Assembly (NCBI GenBank): GCA_964012435.1
Contig: CAXGSM010000009.1
Coordinates: 1-51,471 of the forward strand
Source: an uncultured bacterium
GTDB lineage: Bacteria; UBP7; UBA6624
Length of the DNA: 51,471 bases
Direction of reading: 5' to 3'
Shown here: one piece after another, positions 49,981 through 51,471 of the stretch
Numbering within the stretch: the first letter of the stretch is position 1
How the letters are laid out: every line of letters starts with the position of its first letter
The notes under the pieces: model-generated
Seen by the model: only the letters and a program-made list of their open reading frames with translations
Databases searched by the model: none
What the model was told of the DNA's origin: nothing
Made by a program: the position numbers and the translations under genes

Positions 49981-50468
49981 AAATTAGAGACTCTAAGGGA
50001 AAGATCCATGATGTGCAGATTGATTTTGGAACAAGCATAGCAACATTAAACGGAGACGAAAAAGTTCCTTTTGAAATTATCAGAAGAGAGAAAGGTGTTG
50101 TTGGAATAATTATTGGAGACAAGAGGCTGCCGGTTAATTACTCCAGAGATGGAATTAGGGTTGAACTTTTGCTGGATGGTACAAAATTCAAACTTGAAAG
50201 AGAGACGAGTTATGCATTTTTGACAAGAGCAAAAGATGCTGGATCTTCAGGTTTGACAGAGGTAAGGAGTCCTATACCTGGTGTGATATCATCAATAAAC
50301 GTTACTGAGAAGAAAAACATAAAAGAAGGAGATGTTCTTTGTATACTCCAAGCAATGAAGATGGAGAACGAAATTGCATCCACACAAAAAGGGAAGATTA
50401 AAGAAATACTTGTAGTTGAAGGAGAAAGAGTTTCAAGTGATCAAGTATTAATGACTATCGAAAACTAA
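49971..50468 (+). CDS. Biotin carboxyl carrier protein with N-terminal BT-like domain
   Basis: VRSPIPG, AMKMENEI biotinylation motif; TTG start overlapping the end of accC. Confidence 0.92.
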   Translation: MELKIRDSKGKIHDVQIDFGTSIATLNGDEKVPFEIIRREKGVVGIIIGDKRLPVNYSRDGIRVELLLDGTKFKLERETSYAFLTRAKDAGSSGLTEVRSPIPGVISSINVTEKKNIKEGDVLCILQAMKMENEIASTQKGKIKEILVVEGERVSSDQVLMTIEN

Positions 50469-50551
50469 TGCCGGAAGAGGGACTCGAACCCTCACGCCCT
50501 ATTGGACACTTGCTTTTGAGGCAAGCGCGTCTACCATTCCGCCACTCCGGC
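50469..50551 (-). tRNA. tRNA-Leu(CAA), CCA not encoded
   Basis: GCCGGAGTGGCGGAATGGTAGACGCGCTTGCCTCAAAAGCAAGTGTCCAATAGGGCGTGAGGGTTCGAGTCCCTCTTCCGGCA; long variable arm. Confidence 0.95.
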
Positions 50552-50604
50552 CTGTTGTATACTTAACCTATCATAATTTTTATTTTGTATTAAGGGAGAC
50601 ATTT

Positions 50605-51471
50605 ATGAACAATTTAAGCTATCAAATCTCAAATATTAATTTCCTGCTTCAGTCAGGGCTAGAAGAAAACAGCCTAGCTGAAAGAATTGATCAATCTTTT
50701 GGTGGAATTGTTGAAAAAATGGCTAAATTTTTATTTTTCCCAATTGCAAATATACCTGTTATCGTTTGGGTTCTAATGTTAGGTGCAATATTTTTTACTA
50801 TTTACCATAAATTCATTAACTTTAGAGGCTTCAAGCATTCTTTAGATGTTGTAAAAGGCAAATATGATGACCCTAATCATCCAGGTGAAATATCTCATTT
50901 TCAAGCTTTAACAAGTGCATTATCTGCAACAGTTGGACTTGGTAATATAGCAGGTGTAGCAGTAGCTGTTGGAGTTGGAGGGCCTGGAGCAGTTTTTTGG
51001 ATGATAATCTTGGGCCTATTCGGAATGACAAGCAAGTTTCATGAATGCACTTTGGCACAATTTTACAGAAAGGTAGACAAGGATGGCACGGTCCATGGTG
51101 GACCAATGTATTACCTATCTCTTGGGCTTAAGGAAAGAGGATTAGGGTCTTTAGGAAAAATACTTGCTATCGTATTTGCAATATTTTGTATAGGTGGATC
51201 ATTTGGTGGCGGAAACATGTTTCAAGCAAATCAAACTTTTGAAGCAATGAGTGGCGTAATTCCATCTATTGCTGACTCTCCATGGGTTTTTGGATTTTTC
51301 ATGGCATTCTTGGTTGGATTGGTTATCATTGGAGGCATAAAAAGAATAGGAAAGGTAACAGAAAAAATAATACCTTTCATGTGTAGCTTATACCTTTCAG
51401 CAGGATTAATAGTATTAATCAGAAACTCTGATCAAGTTATCCCAGCATTAAATTTAATTTTTACTCAAGCC
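50605..51471 (+). CDS. Alanine/glycine:cation symporter (AGCS family), truncated by the window end
   Basis: Not in the track. Manual translation gives GEISHFQALTSALSATVGLGNIAGVAVAV..GGPGAVFWM, GGPMYY, GNMFQANQ, GGIKRIG; SD AAGGGAG. Confidence 0.95.
   Translation, partial: MNNLSYQISNINFLLQSGLEENSLAERIDQSFGGIVEKMAKFLFFPIANIPVIVWVLMLGAIFFTIYHKFINFRGFKHSLDVVKGKYDDPNHPGEISHFQALTSALSATVGLGNIAGVAVAVGVGGPGAVFWMIILGLFGMTSKFHECTLAQFYRKVDKDGTVHGGPMYYLSLGLKERGLGSLGKILAIVFAIFCIGGSFGGGNMFQANQTFEAMSGVIPSIADSPWVFGFFMAFLVGLVIIGGIKRIGKVTEKIIPFMCSLYLSAGLIVLIRNSDQVIPALNLIFTQA

Noticed and set aside
1..51471. CRISPR arrays, IS elements, prophage genes, rRNA, alternative genetic code
   Set aside because: No spaced repeats, transposase or phage genes seen; TGA, TAA and TAG all end conserved genes at expected positions.

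Overview
AT-rich, very compact bacterial chromosome segment with intergenic gaps mostly under 60 bp. The lineage cannot be assigned from the sequence. Most genes are housekeeping: rpsT, rpsD, tsaBE, thiL, plsY-gpsA, tatD-lspA, tilS-ftsH, rpiB, a dapF-like gene, an ispA-like gene and three tRNAs. Amino-acid and propionate catabolism is represented by an M24 peptidase, tryptophanase, an acyl-CoA dehydrogenase, a split propionyl-CoA carboxylase with methylmalonyl-CoA epimerase and an AGCS symporter. Also present are a bifunctional FBP aldolase/phosphatase, a complex I operon nuoABCDHIJKLM (no E/F/G, no N) and a GGDEF plus tandem HD-GYP pair. The standout is a 12.4-kb gene for a 4136-aa Cys/Asp-rich lipoprotein with an apparently nested architecture. 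An Asp-box beta-propeller seems split 3+4 blades by a ~2270-aa insert of ~14 PKD-like modules, and small beta-barrel-like modules are inserted inside the Ig modules and inside each other. Other signals are a -10-like TANNNT hexamer 5-8 nt before many ATGs (leaderless mRNAs), a CTG start coupled to an upstream TGA, two unannotated small membrane ORFs and a DapF with a Cys-to-Ser change. No CRISPR array, IS element or integrase was seen. All domain calls are by-eye motif recognition, not database searches.
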